DNA of 37,838 bases, taken from IMG/VR virus record IMGVR_UViG_3300045988_155539, positions 1 to 37,838 of that record; one strand, written 5' to 3'. This DNA is from a virus. This document shows, piece after piece, positions 1 to 7,157 of this stretch (positions are counted from its first letter, which is position 1; each line of letters begins with the position of its first letter). The position numbers were made by a program, and so were the translations under genes. Below the pieces are notes generated by a model. It saw only the letters and a list, made by a program, of their open reading frames with translations, had not been told where the DNA came from and searched no databases.

Positions 1-55
1 CGTGCTGACGCATGACCGGCGGCGAGGCATCGACAAGCTGCTCGCCGTCCTTTAA
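1..55. repeat. 55-bp terminal direct repeat, copy 1 (circular-contig overlap)
   Basis: cgtgctgacgcatgaccggcggcgaggcatcgacaagctgctcgccgtcctttaa at 1..55 is identical to 37784..37838. An ORF reads straight through the join. Confidence 0.9.
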
Positions 56-187
56 GGTGTAGTTCTGCACCTCCTCGACCTGCTCCGTGCCGCCGTCCTC
101 CAGCGGCTTATCGCGGATTTTTACGAGCACGTAAGTCACGTGCCTGCCCTCAGCGTCGATGACGCTGCAGTGCTTTTCAGTTTTCAT
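1..187 (-). CDS. XkdW-like tail-module protein, 5' part of a 143-aa gene that crosses the circular junction
   Basis: ATG at 187 reads MKTEKHCSVIDAEGRHVTYVLVKIRDKPLEDGGTEQVEEVQNYTLKDGEQLVDASPPV, then MRQHAG..., which is the ORF 37539..37796 (1..55 = 37784..37838). The W-rich segment, Pro-rich linker and coiled-coil C-half, and its position after the tail fibre, recall PBSX XkdW-type proteins. Confidence 0.6.
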   Translation of the reverse strand, partial: MKTEKHCSVIDAEGRHVTYVLVKIRDKPLEDGGTEQVEEVQNYTLKDGEQLVDASPPVMRQH

Positions 188-365
188 ACCTTCTCAGCTC
201 CTTTTCTACGTCTTTCAGTGCGTTATTCATACTTTTAATCTTCCCTGCGTTGTTACGCAGCCCCCGACGGAGGCCGTCGCGCGTTCCCAGCAACATACCT
301 AATGCGATAGGCGCAAAGGCTAATGTCGAGAGCGCAATCGCTTGCAGCCAGTCTCGTAAATCCAT
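177..365 (-). CDS. small single-pass membrane protein (62 aa)
   Basis: ATG 365 is preceded by GAAGGTGA. There is one hydrophobic helix (LQAIALSTLAFAPIALGMLLG) and a basic/coiled C-terminus. It lies directly outside crossover site S1. Confidence 0.55.
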   Translation of the reverse strand: MDLRDWLQAIALSTLAFAPIALGMLLGTRDGLRRGLRNNAGKIKSMNNALKDVEKELRRYEN

Positions 366-382
366 AAAATCACCTTCTTTCT

Positions 383-412
383 TTAAGGGCGCCTACGGCA
401 AAGCGCCTTAGG
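383..412 (+). repeat. putative recombinase crossover site S1
   Basis: ttaagggcgcctacggcaaagcgccttagg. The 19-nt core 387..405 is identical to the S3 core, 18/19 to S2 and 17/19 to S4 (inverted relative to S4). It is read in phase as L-R-A-P-T-A-K-R into cassette A. Confidence 0.7.
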
Positions 413-1577
413 TACGACGACAATCTGGGCCTCAAAATCAAGTTAAAAGCACATAAATCTCTTGAATATATGAGCTTTGATAGTGGAGAAGAGACTGACC
501 TTAATTATTCAGGCGGTTGCCTTGCCTTGCCCGGATGGAGATCGGGACCTTGGGGAATGCAAGTCCGATACGATATGCGTTGGAATACTTTGTTTACGAG
601 GCGATACTTTAACGAAGGATCTGAATGGGACGATTGGGTTAGACTCGCCACCTGCATGCCACCTGAGGTGCATGATCTGCCGCTCTACAATGGCTATACC
701 AATCTCGGCTGTAAATACTTCCGCACACAAGAGAATGTGGTTTCTTTTGCCGGAGAAATAGAGCGAAAGAGTGGCTTTCATCAGGATGAGGCCTTTGCGG
801 TACTGCCCGAGGGCTTTAGGCCGGATCATGCGATCGTCGTGCCGGCGCTACTTTATCCAAGTTTCACGCCAGCGTCAATTATCATTAAATCTAACGGTGA
901 GATTTGCGAAACGATAACAGCCAGTGACAAATCGCTTTATATGCAGGCGACTTTTGTCGCAAGTTAAACAGATGCTGGATATGTCAACTGGGCAAAAATA
1001 TATTCGGCGCTCGTAAATGAACCGCGGACATAAATATTGCCTCCAGGTTGAATGACGATTTGCCCTATCTGATAAGATATCGGAGCGTTCTGTATCAGCA
1101 GCGGTGTGACGACATCCCATACCGGCAGAAAACCCTCTGGTAATGTGCCGATTATTTTGTAGTCATTCCAATTAGCATTTAATTTTGTTCTAATACTTAC
1201 GTACACTCGTCCAAACTGATCTTTTGCATAATAACAGGTGCTATCATCGCCTGCAATATTTAAAGGCAACGAATGCACCTCTGGCGCAATGCACCGTGCA
1301 AGCTCATACCAGATATCGCGTGCCGGGATAGCATCATCTCCGGCACGTGCAAACCAAAAACGGCAATCTGAAGCGCCAAACCACAAATCGTAGCTGCCAG
1401 ACAGCGAAGAGCGTAGCTTAGCATACGCGGCGTATTCAGACGGCATATTTCCGTCCCAATCTGAGTCTGTTGTGCGGAATACCAAACTTTTACCGCGCGG
1501 AAAAGCACTTTTTGCGTTAATATCGCCTGCCAACGTAAGCGTTTCCTTCGCCAAGGGTCGCTTTGCCATAGCCGCCC
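387..1577. other. putative invertible segment 1 (expressed fibre tip D and silent cassette A between inverted sites S4 and S1)
   Basis: Inverted 19-nt cores lie at 387..405 and 1559..1577. The two convergent homologous coding regions have stop codons overlapping in TTAA at 964..967. Confidence 0.65.
470..967 (+). CDS. silent tail-fibre C-terminal cassette A (promoterless, RBS-less alternative receptor-binding tip)
   Basis: The frame is already open from 368 and is in phase with S1. There is no SD before ATG 470. It shares with the tail-fibre C-terminus the skeleton W..W.., PPEVHDLPL, YFRTQENVVSF and LPEGFRP. GC is visibly lower than the flanks. Confidence 0.75.
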   Translation: MSFDSGEETDLNYSGGCLALPGWRSGPWGMQVRYDMRWNTLFTRRYFNEGSEWDDWVRLATCMPPEVHDLPLYNGYTNLGCKYFRTQENVVSFAGEIERKSGFHQDEAFAVLPEGFRPDHAIVVPALLYPSFTPASIIIKSNGEICETITASDKSLYMQATFVAS

Positions 1578-2439
1578 TTAAGTTCTCCGCATCATCGGCT
1601 CCCATAGCAATGTCATCGCCCGTCAGCGTCACATCCGCGCTCAGCGTCTTCCCGTTGATTTTCCGCGCCAGCGGAACGAACAGCTTACCGAGCGCCCTCT
1701 TAACGCTCGACCACAGCAGCCGCTTTGCCTTGCCGCCGTCCACGCTGTCCGCGATCATCACGCCGTCCGCGTCGGCAGGTGCGGCCTTGGCGGTGATCTT
1801 GGTCGGGTCGATGGCATCGAGAGCGTTGTTGATCTGCCGCAGATCGTCCGCGCCCGCGCCGTCCATGCCCTTCTGCGCGATCAGCAGCCAGTACGCGGTA
1901 TCGGTCGGCTCGTGTCCGATCGTCGCCGCCGTGCACACATAAGACGAGCCGCCAAAGCTGACCTTGTTGCCGGGAACGTAGGTCTTTGCGGCGTCATATG
2001 TCTGCCAGACGTTCCGTGCGGTCTCCGCAGAAACCCGGCTTTTCTCCGCCGAGTCGCGTTTGTTCTCCGCATTCACGCGCGCCGTCTCTGCCGCGATCCT
2101 CGCGTTCTCATCCGCAACGCGCCGCGACTCCGCCGACAGTCTCGTTTTCTCGCTCTGAACGCGCTGACCTTCCGCGCTCACGCGCCCCTGCTCGGCCGTC
2201 TGCCGGGCGTTCTCCTGCTGCACGCGCTGCGCTTCCTCGGCGGACCAGTTGTCCGCGGACTCTTCCATCTGCGCGAAGACCTCTACAATCGCATTAAACT
2301 GCGGCGCGACGACCTCGCGCGTAAACTTCTCAAGCGATTTCTTGTTCTCGTAAGGCGTTCCGTTCAGAGTATCAGGCAGCGAGGTCATGCCCTTCTCGTT
2401 GAACTGCTCGTCTGTGATCTTGTAATCACGAATACTCAT
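964..2439 (-). CDS. tail fibre (constant aa 1-294 plus currently expressed variable tip D, aa 295-491)
   Basis: ATG 2439 overlaps the upstream stop (TAATG). The N-terminal region carries a repetitive coiled coil (ENARQTAEQGRVSAE.. RVADENARIAAETARVNAENKR..). A CBM5/12-like motif is present (YVPGNKVSFGGSSYVCTAATIGHEPTDTAYW). The C-terminal tip carries APEVHSLPL and LPEGFLP. Confidence 0.85.
   Translation of the reverse strand: MSIRDYKITDEQFNEKGMTSLPDTLNGTPYENKKSLEKFTREVVAPQFNAIVEVFAQMEESADNWSAEEAQRVQQENARQTAEQGRVSAEGQRVQSEKTRLSAESRRVADENARIAAETARVNAENKRDSAEKSRVSAETARNVWQTYDAAKTYVPGNKVSFGGSSYVCTAATIGHEPTDTAYWLLIAQKGMDGAGADDLRQINNALDAIDPTKITAKAAPADADGVMIADSVDGGKAKRLLWSSVKRALGKLFVPLARKINGKTLSADVTLTGDDIAMGADDAENLRAAMAKRPLAKETLTLAGDINAKSAFPRGKSLVFRTTDSDWDGNMPSEYAAYAKLRSSLSGSYDLWFGASDCRFWFARAGDDAIPARDIWYELARCIAPEVHSLPLNIAGDDSTCYYAKDQFGRVYVSIRTKLNANWNDYKIIGTLPEGFLPVWDVVTPLLIQNAPISYQIGQIVIQPGGNIYVRGSFTSAEYIFAQLTYPASV
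1551..1581 (-). repeat. putative recombinase crossover site S4, inside the tail-fibre gene
   Basis: Minus strand reads ttaagggcggctatggcaaagcgacccttgg, with the core at 1559..1577. It encodes LRAAMAKR (aa 287-294) at the constant/variable boundary. Confidence 0.7.
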
Positions 2440-4349
2440 TATGCACCTCTTTCCTCTCCGGCTTCGATGTACTTCACGAGAATTTCATAGATACCGAAGC
2501 CCTCGTTCAGTGCGTCTGAAGCAAAGATAAACTGGATCATTTTCCACTTCTTTACCTTGCAGCGGAACTGACGGACGCTGTTCGCGCTTGTTTCAAACGT
2601 AAAACGTTCGAAATCAATGTCCTCGAACGTCAGCCGGTCCGCGTAGAACTCGCGGATGCGCCTGCCGCTGTCCTTCTCGGTGCGGACATACAGCTCGCAC
2701 TTGCTTCTCGCGTATCTCTTGAGATGCACCGCGCTTCCGCGCTTGGGCATGGTCTTGAGCATCGCGATATTGCCCATGCTGTCAAGCTTGCTTGCCCACT
2801 CCGCATGGATAGGCGCGCCGTCGTCGTTGTAGGCGCGCATGAGCGTCTCGTTCTCCTCGGTGGTGACCATATCGTCGTTGAACTTGCAGATCCTGCCGTC
2901 TGCCGTGCCGAAGTACAGCGTCTGGCGGTCTGCGCGCAGCACGCGCGCCGGAATGTTGATCCAGTAGTACCACTCATAGCCGTTATCGCTCTTGTCCTGA
3001 TTGCCGTCCGCGACGTAGGCTCTGCCGTCCACGACGAGCACATACCAGCCGCGCCACGTTGCCGCGACCGCCTCCTCAAGACCGTGCTCCTTGGTCAGTT
3101 TTGGGTTGACGCGCCGCGAGCGGCAGAACAGCTGACGCATCTGCATGTTGTTGTAGTAGGTCGTCGTCGGCGCATAAACGCCTCGGGGACTCAGATACAG
3201 CGGATCGTCGTTGAGGTTCGCCGCCGAGTACCGCGCGACCGCGCCGTAACCGGGCACGCCCTCCTTGAGCGGGAACGCCGCGACGTTGTTCGTGATCGTT
3301 CCGACATGGTGCCAGATCGTGCCCTCCTGCCGGTTGTCCTTCTTGATGACGAGCAGTTCCCCCTGCGCCTTGAGATAGCACATGATAGGAAAGTCGCTCG
3401 AGCCGACAGCGGAATAGTTGCTGTCCGGGAAATACGTCGGGTCGCTGAGGCCGGAGAACCATTCCATGTTTGCAAAGCCGTCGTTTCCGGACAGGAACAC
3501 GCGGTCTCCCGAGCCGTCCAGACCGTAGATTGCGAAGATCGTGCAGCCGAAGATCTTCTTTCGCGTCTCGGTGGTCTTGGCGAACTTGATTTCAATGTTG
3601 CTTGTGCCCGCGTTCTCCGGTGCTCTGGGCGCCGAGCTGAGCGTCACTGTGCCCTTCACCGCGTCGAAGCTCTTTACCGCGATGCTCTCGCCAGTGATAT
3701 GGAACTGCGCCGTAGGCGTGACGTCCGCGTCAATGCCGGCCACGTCGAGCTGAAATGTCGTGCTCGAGCCGTCCGCGACGAAGCGGTTGCGCCGCCACTT
3801 GGAGATCATGTTGACCTTCTCGTAGGGCTCGCCGCCGCCTGCCGGCTTGCGCTGATAGCTTGTCAGCGGGCAGTACGCCGTATCGTCCGCGACGCGCTTT
3901 ACGCTCGTTCCGTCATAGACGAGGTATTCCGCGCCGGTGAGCAGATACAGCTTGCCGTTCAGGTAAAACCCCTGTGTCCGGCCGCCGCTCTTCAGGCCGG
4001 TCATCAGCGTCTGCTGACTGCCCGCGATAGGCTGATAGGTGTCCGTGTTCAGACGCACCTTGTACAAGGTGTCTCCGGCGTGGACGATCATGGTTCTGCC
4101 GGCCTCGGTCGTGGCCTCGTAGAGGAAAATACCGGCGACCGGCTTGTTTTCGCCGAGGTTCAGCACTGTGCGCCAGCCCCACCGCCGTTCGGGCGCGCCG
4201 CCCTCGTCCGCGATAACGTTCACCGCGCGCGGCGAGCGGCCGTCGTCAATCTGCGTCTCGTCCGTGGAGTAATCCACGCCACGAAAACGCTTGTAACTCT
4301 TCCTGCCGATGGTCGGCGTTGAGAAAGAGGGGACCGTCGCCTGTCTCAT
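2439..4349 (-). CDS. large tail structural protein (hub/nozzle-like, family not recognised)
   Basis: 636 aa. ATG 4349 overlaps the upstream stop (ATGA). It is the only large ORF between the head genes and the tail fibre, and its composition is beta-rich. Confidence 0.6.
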   Translation of the reverse strand: MRQATVPSFSTPTIGRKSYKRFRGVDYSTDETQIDDGRSPRAVNVIADEGGAPERRWGWRTVLNLGENKPVAGIFLYEATTEAGRTMIVHAGDTLYKVRLNTDTYQPIAGSQQTLMTGLKSGGRTQGFYLNGKLYLLTGAEYLVYDGTSVKRVADDTAYCPLTSYQRKPAGGGEPYEKVNMISKWRRNRFVADGSSTTFQLDVAGIDADVTPTAQFHITGESIAVKSFDAVKGTVTLSSAPRAPENAGTSNIEIKFAKTTETRKKIFGCTIFAIYGLDGSGDRVFLSGNDGFANMEWFSGLSDPTYFPDSNYSAVGSSDFPIMCYLKAQGELLVIKKDNRQEGTIWHHVGTITNNVAAFPLKEGVPGYGAVARYSAANLNDDPLYLSPRGVYAPTTTYYNNMQMRQLFCRSRRVNPKLTKEHGLEEAVAATWRGWYVLVVDGRAYVADGNQDKSDNGYEWYYWINIPARVLRADRQTLYFGTADGRICKFNDDMVTTEENETLMRAYNDDGAPIHAEWASKLDSMGNIAMLKTMPKRGSAVHLKRYARSKCELYVRTEKDSGRRIREFYADRLTFEDIDFERFTFETSANSVRQFRCKVKKWKMIQFIFASDALNEGFGIYEILVKYIEAGEERGA

Positions 4350-4729
4350 GCGCCGTCCTCCTCTCCGTAGCCGAGCACCGCCGGCGCGCGGTCCTCGAGC
4401 GCCTGCACAAAGTAGTTGCGTTCGAGTACCATCTGCGCCTGCTTGTCCTCCTCGTCGATCATCAGCGCGGACGCCAGTCCGTGCGGCAGCGCCCCGCGCG
4501 TGATCCTGTCGTCCCAGTCAATTACCGTATCGTCTATGCTGTTCACTTCGGGCGCTGTTTTCAGCTCTTCTCTGCCGTCTGCGGCGCGAATGGCGTTTTC
4601 GTACGGCAGAGCCTCCATCAGCAGCCGTTCAAGCAAAAGCGGCGAATACTGATCAAAATCAGTATCGCCGCCCTTCGCAGTAAACAGAATAGCGGCCGCC
4701 AGTTCAAAAATCTTTTTAACTGTTGCCAT
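4346..4729 (-). CDS. head-tail adaptor-like protein (127 aa)
   Basis: ATG 4729 (MATVKKIFELAAA...) is preceded by AGGAGGG. It sits between the capsid and tail genes. The longer ORF-track start at 4771 lacks an SD. Confidence 0.5.
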   Translation of the reverse strand: MATVKKIFELAAAILFTAKGGDTDFDQYSPLLLERLLMEALPYENAIRAADGREELKTAPEVNSIDDTVIDWDDRITRGALPHGLASALMIDEEDKQAQMVLERNYFVQALEDRAPAVLGYGEEDGA

Positions 4730-4745
4730 TCTGCCCTCCTGAGAT

Positions 4746-5801
4746 TTACTTGTCGGTAGCCTCAGCGACATCCGAGGTCAGCTTGCCCGCCTTGCCGAAC
4801 GCAACCACGCGGATGGTCTGGCCTGCGGTCATAGCAACCGTGCCGCCGGTAGCAACCTGCTTGAGGTTTGCAGAGAAACGCGGGTCCGAACCGTCCAGGG
4901 TGTACCAGATTTCCTCTGCGTCCGCCGCCGTAACGGTAGCGGAATGCGAGGCGATAGCCACAGTGCAAGCCTGCTGGCTTGCCTTCTTAGCCACAACGAC
5001 AACCGAATCCGCACGGCTGGAAAGCACAAACAGATCGTAAATCTGACGGCCCTCAACCAGAGAACCGGAAACGCCGGGGGGATCGGTGTGGATTTTGGTA
5101 TCGTCAATGGTATACGGGAATGCAAGCGCCTGTTCGTGAATTGCCAGCATGTAAACATCGGTCGGGAACAGTCGGTCGGGAACCTTTACAACAGTAAAGC
5201 CCGCAACCTCGCCAACAACGCCCGTGGGCAGCTGCTTGCCCGCCAGATTGTCCAGCTTGACCCACTCGTCCGAGAGGATGATCTTCTTATAGTCACTCAC
5301 GCGGACAAAAAGGATACGGCCGTCATCCGGAACATAGTGATCGTCCATATAGGCGGCGGCATCATAGATGATGGAGATAATGTCGCTCTTGGTCGGTGCA
5401 GCAGAAACGCCCTGAATATGGCCGAATCGTGCAATGCGGCTGAAGCCGTACTTGTCGCCGGTCGGCACGCACTTCTCGGAGATCTGCTGGCGCAGGTACT
5501 GGCCGGCCTTGTTGCTGATAGCCTGCTGAGAGCCGTCGCCCTTGTCTACAATGGCGGTAAACGCCTTGTCCTGGGTGATGGTGTACTCGTTTGCAATGTC
5601 CTGTACATCGTTCGGCACGCCGTAGCGGTCCTTGCCCTCGCGCTTGTAGTCATTCAGCTCGCTGGTGAGAATCTGGTAGACTTTGCAGGTTTTCTTGCCG
5701 ATCATGTCAACGTGCGCCTTGCAGTGCGGGCGCAGGAACGAGGTATGGGTATACAGCTTTTCTACAGCTTTCGCATACTGTTCAGTAAGATAAATAGGCA
5801 T
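4746..5801 (-). CDS. major capsid protein with fused C-terminal Ig-like (CHB_HEX_C-type) domain
   Basis: 351 aa, immediately after the scaffold gene. The last ~75 aa contain the TVTAADAEEIWYTLDGSDP motif typical of chitobiase/hexosaminidase C-terminal Ig-like domains. Confidence 0.75.
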   Translation of the reverse strand: MPIYLTEQYAKAVEKLYTHTSFLRPHCKAHVDMIGKKTCKVYQILTSELNDYKREGKDRYGVPNDVQDIANEYTITQDKAFTAIVDKGDGSQQAISNKAGQYLRQQISEKCVPTGDKYGFSRIARFGHIQGVSAAPTKSDIISIIYDAAAYMDDHYVPDDGRILFVRVSDYKKIILSDEWVKLDNLAGKQLPTGVVGEVAGFTVVKVPDRLFPTDVYMLAIHEQALAFPYTIDDTKIHTDPPGVSGSLVEGRQIYDLFVLSSRADSVVVVAKKASQQACTVAIASHSATVTAADAEEIWYTLDGSDPRFSANLKQVATGGTVAMTAGQTIRVVAFGKAGKLTSDVAEATDK

Positions 5802-5819
5802 AGTGTAAAATCACTCCTT

Positions 5820-6821
5820 TTAGAGTCCCAGAAGGCCGCGCAGGAACGGGTCCGAGGTGTCGCCCTCGCGGCCGGTCATACTGCCCGGGCTCATCTGTCT
5901 GTTCTGATTGTTTTTCTTTTCGATCTCGACCTGCTGCTGTGCCTGCTCGCTCATATAGCGCCAGTGCGCAGCAACCGGGGTCATGTGCTCCTTTGTGACG
6001 AGCTCAGCCACGCGCGGCGGCACGTCCTCGACGCTTTTCGCGCCGGAGACCCTGACGTACTCGTCCCATGCGCGCGTTTCGGCCTCGTGCCGTGCCTGCT
6101 GCACGGTCTGGTCGATACGCTGCTGCGCGGCGGTGATCTCCACCTGCCGCTGCTGCGCCGCGCGCACCTGTTCGGCACGCTGCGAGGCGAGACGGCCCTC
6201 TGCAATGGCCCGGAGCGCCGCGTCCGGCGTGTCCGGGAACTCACTGCGGCACTTTTCGATTTCGCCCTCGAGCATCTGCTGACGCTGCACGCCCTCGAGC
6301 TGTTCGAGGTACTGCTGACGGCTCATGCCGGAGGCCTCGGCGTACTGATCCAGCAGACGGAACTCGCGTTCGCCCTTCGCGTCGTAGTTCATGCCCTTCT
6401 GAAGGAGCTCAACCGGGTTTGCACCCAGCGCGCCGGTGAGCGCCTGCACCGCGTCCGCAGGCAACTGGAACCGCCGTCCGTTGTAGACGAGCGGTACGGT
6501 CTGCACCGGCTGATTTTCCGCCTCCTCCGGCGGGGTCTCGCCGCCCTCCGGCGGCAGGGTCTCCGGCTCGTCGTGCTGACCGGGGTCAGTCTGCTGGTTT
6601 TCCAGACCGCCCTCTTCACCCTCCGCGCCGCCGTCCGGGGCAGCGGCCTGCTGGTTTTCCAGACCGTTTTCTCCCGTCAGGCTTTCGAGGAAAGCGCCGC
6701 CGTCGAAGCCGTCCATGTCCGCGCCGGTCTCGGATGAATTGCCGTCCCCGGCAAAATACTGCAAACCGATACCCTCGCGAAGCTCGCTTCCGTCCATGAT
6801 GTTTCTGGTTTCCAAACTCAT
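5820..6821 (-). CDS. scaffolding protein (333 aa)
   Basis: ATG 6821 (MSLETRNIMDG...) has an AAAGGA SD. The N-terminal third is acidic and low-complexity, and the C-half is a long Q/E/R-rich helical region. It sits directly upstream of the capsid gene. The ORF-track extension to 7058 runs through the tRNA-like element and is rejected. Confidence 0.7.
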   Translation of the reverse strand: MSLETRNIMDGSELREGIGLQYFAGDGNSSETGADMDGFDGGAFLESLTGENGLENQQAAAPDGGAEGEEGGLENQQTDPGQHDEPETLPPEGGETPPEEAENQPVQTVPLVYNGRRFQLPADAVQALTGALGANPVELLQKGMNYDAKGEREFRLLDQYAEASGMSRQQYLEQLEGVQRQQMLEGEIEKCRSEFPDTPDAALRAIAEGRLASQRAEQVRAAQQRQVEITAAQQRIDQTVQQARHEAETRAWDEYVRVSGAKSVEDVPPRVAELVTKEHMTPVAAHWRYMSEQAQQQVEIEKKNNQNRQMSPGSMTGREGDTSDPFLRGLLGL

Positions 6822-6880
6822 AGAGCAAATCCTTTCTATTGCAATCGCCCGCAGGCGTTTGCGGCGTAGTGTTGTTTGTT

Positions 6881-7010
6881 TTCCCTGCCCTGCGGCGGAC
6901 GCACCGCCGTTCCGCAGGCGGTACGCCCGGCATCCTTGCACACAGGGGGAATGTGTGGCCCGGGCGCGCGGCCGATATGGCGAGAGCCGCCGCCCGCCGC
7001 AGGGCAGGAA
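6881..7010 (-). ncRNA. multi-stem structured element in the 5' leader of the scaffold/capsid genes
   Basis: A 17-18-bp closing stem pairs ttccctgccctgcggcgg (6881..6898) with ccgccgcagggcaggaa (6994..7010), with one bulged C. It encloses smaller hairpins (cacaca/tgtgtg, accgcc/ggcggt). No U-tract follows on either strand. Confidence 0.35.
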
Positions 7011-7022
7011 AGATGAAGTTGA

Positions 7023-7157
7023 GCGCGGCAGCCGGACTTGAACCGGCACCATCCGCACGTTTTCGCATTGGTGACTGGTCGCCGCGTCCGCGTGCGGTGT
7101 ATCGTCAATGTGACACCCCTTAGCAAGAGGCCGCTCTATCTTTGAGCTACACCGCGC
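7023..7157 (-). tRNA. tRNA-like element (anticodon loop UUGCUAA, GCU) with a ~67-nt insertion between anticodon arm and T arm
   Basis: Minus strand reads GCGCGGTG TA GCTC AAAGATA GAGC G GCCTC TTGCTAA GGGGT [67 nt] GCCGG TTCAAGT CCGGC TGCCGCGC. The acceptor, D, anticodon and T arms can all be drawn. The D loop lacks GG, and the extra region is far longer than any normal variable arm. Confidence 0.4.

Noticed and set aside
1-55. Terminal repeat as a biological DTR or cos end.
   Set aside because: The exact 55-nt length is typical of assembler k-mer overlap, and an ORF reads through it. True termini cannot be inferred from sequence alone.
470-967. Cassettes A, B and C as independent genes (extra fibres or fibre-assembly chaperones).
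   Set aside because: None has an SD, and two have frames open upstream of their ATG back to the shared core. All are homologous to the fibre tip rather than to chaperones. The convergent TTAA-overlap layout matches invertible segments. Independent low-level translation cannot be excluded.
470-1558. Diversity-generating retroelement (template/variable repeat) as the explanation for the homologous fibre tips.
   Set aside because: There is no reverse transcriptase anywhere in the genome. The copies differ throughout rather than at adenines only, and they are bounded by recombinase-type core sites.
6822-7058. N-terminal extension of the scaffold ORF (ORF track 5820..7058), and other ORFs in 6616..7687 covering the non-coding gap.
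   Set aside because: The extension is Arg/Pro/Gly-rich and runs through the tRNA-like and hairpin elements. A proper SD+ATG exists at 6821.
7023-7157. tmRNA, or a simple attP copy of a host tRNA 3' end.
   Set aside because: No tag-peptide reading frame or tmRNA pseudoknots are visible. The element includes the 5' acceptor, D and anticodon arms rather than only a 3' fragment, and it is far from all three recombinase genes.
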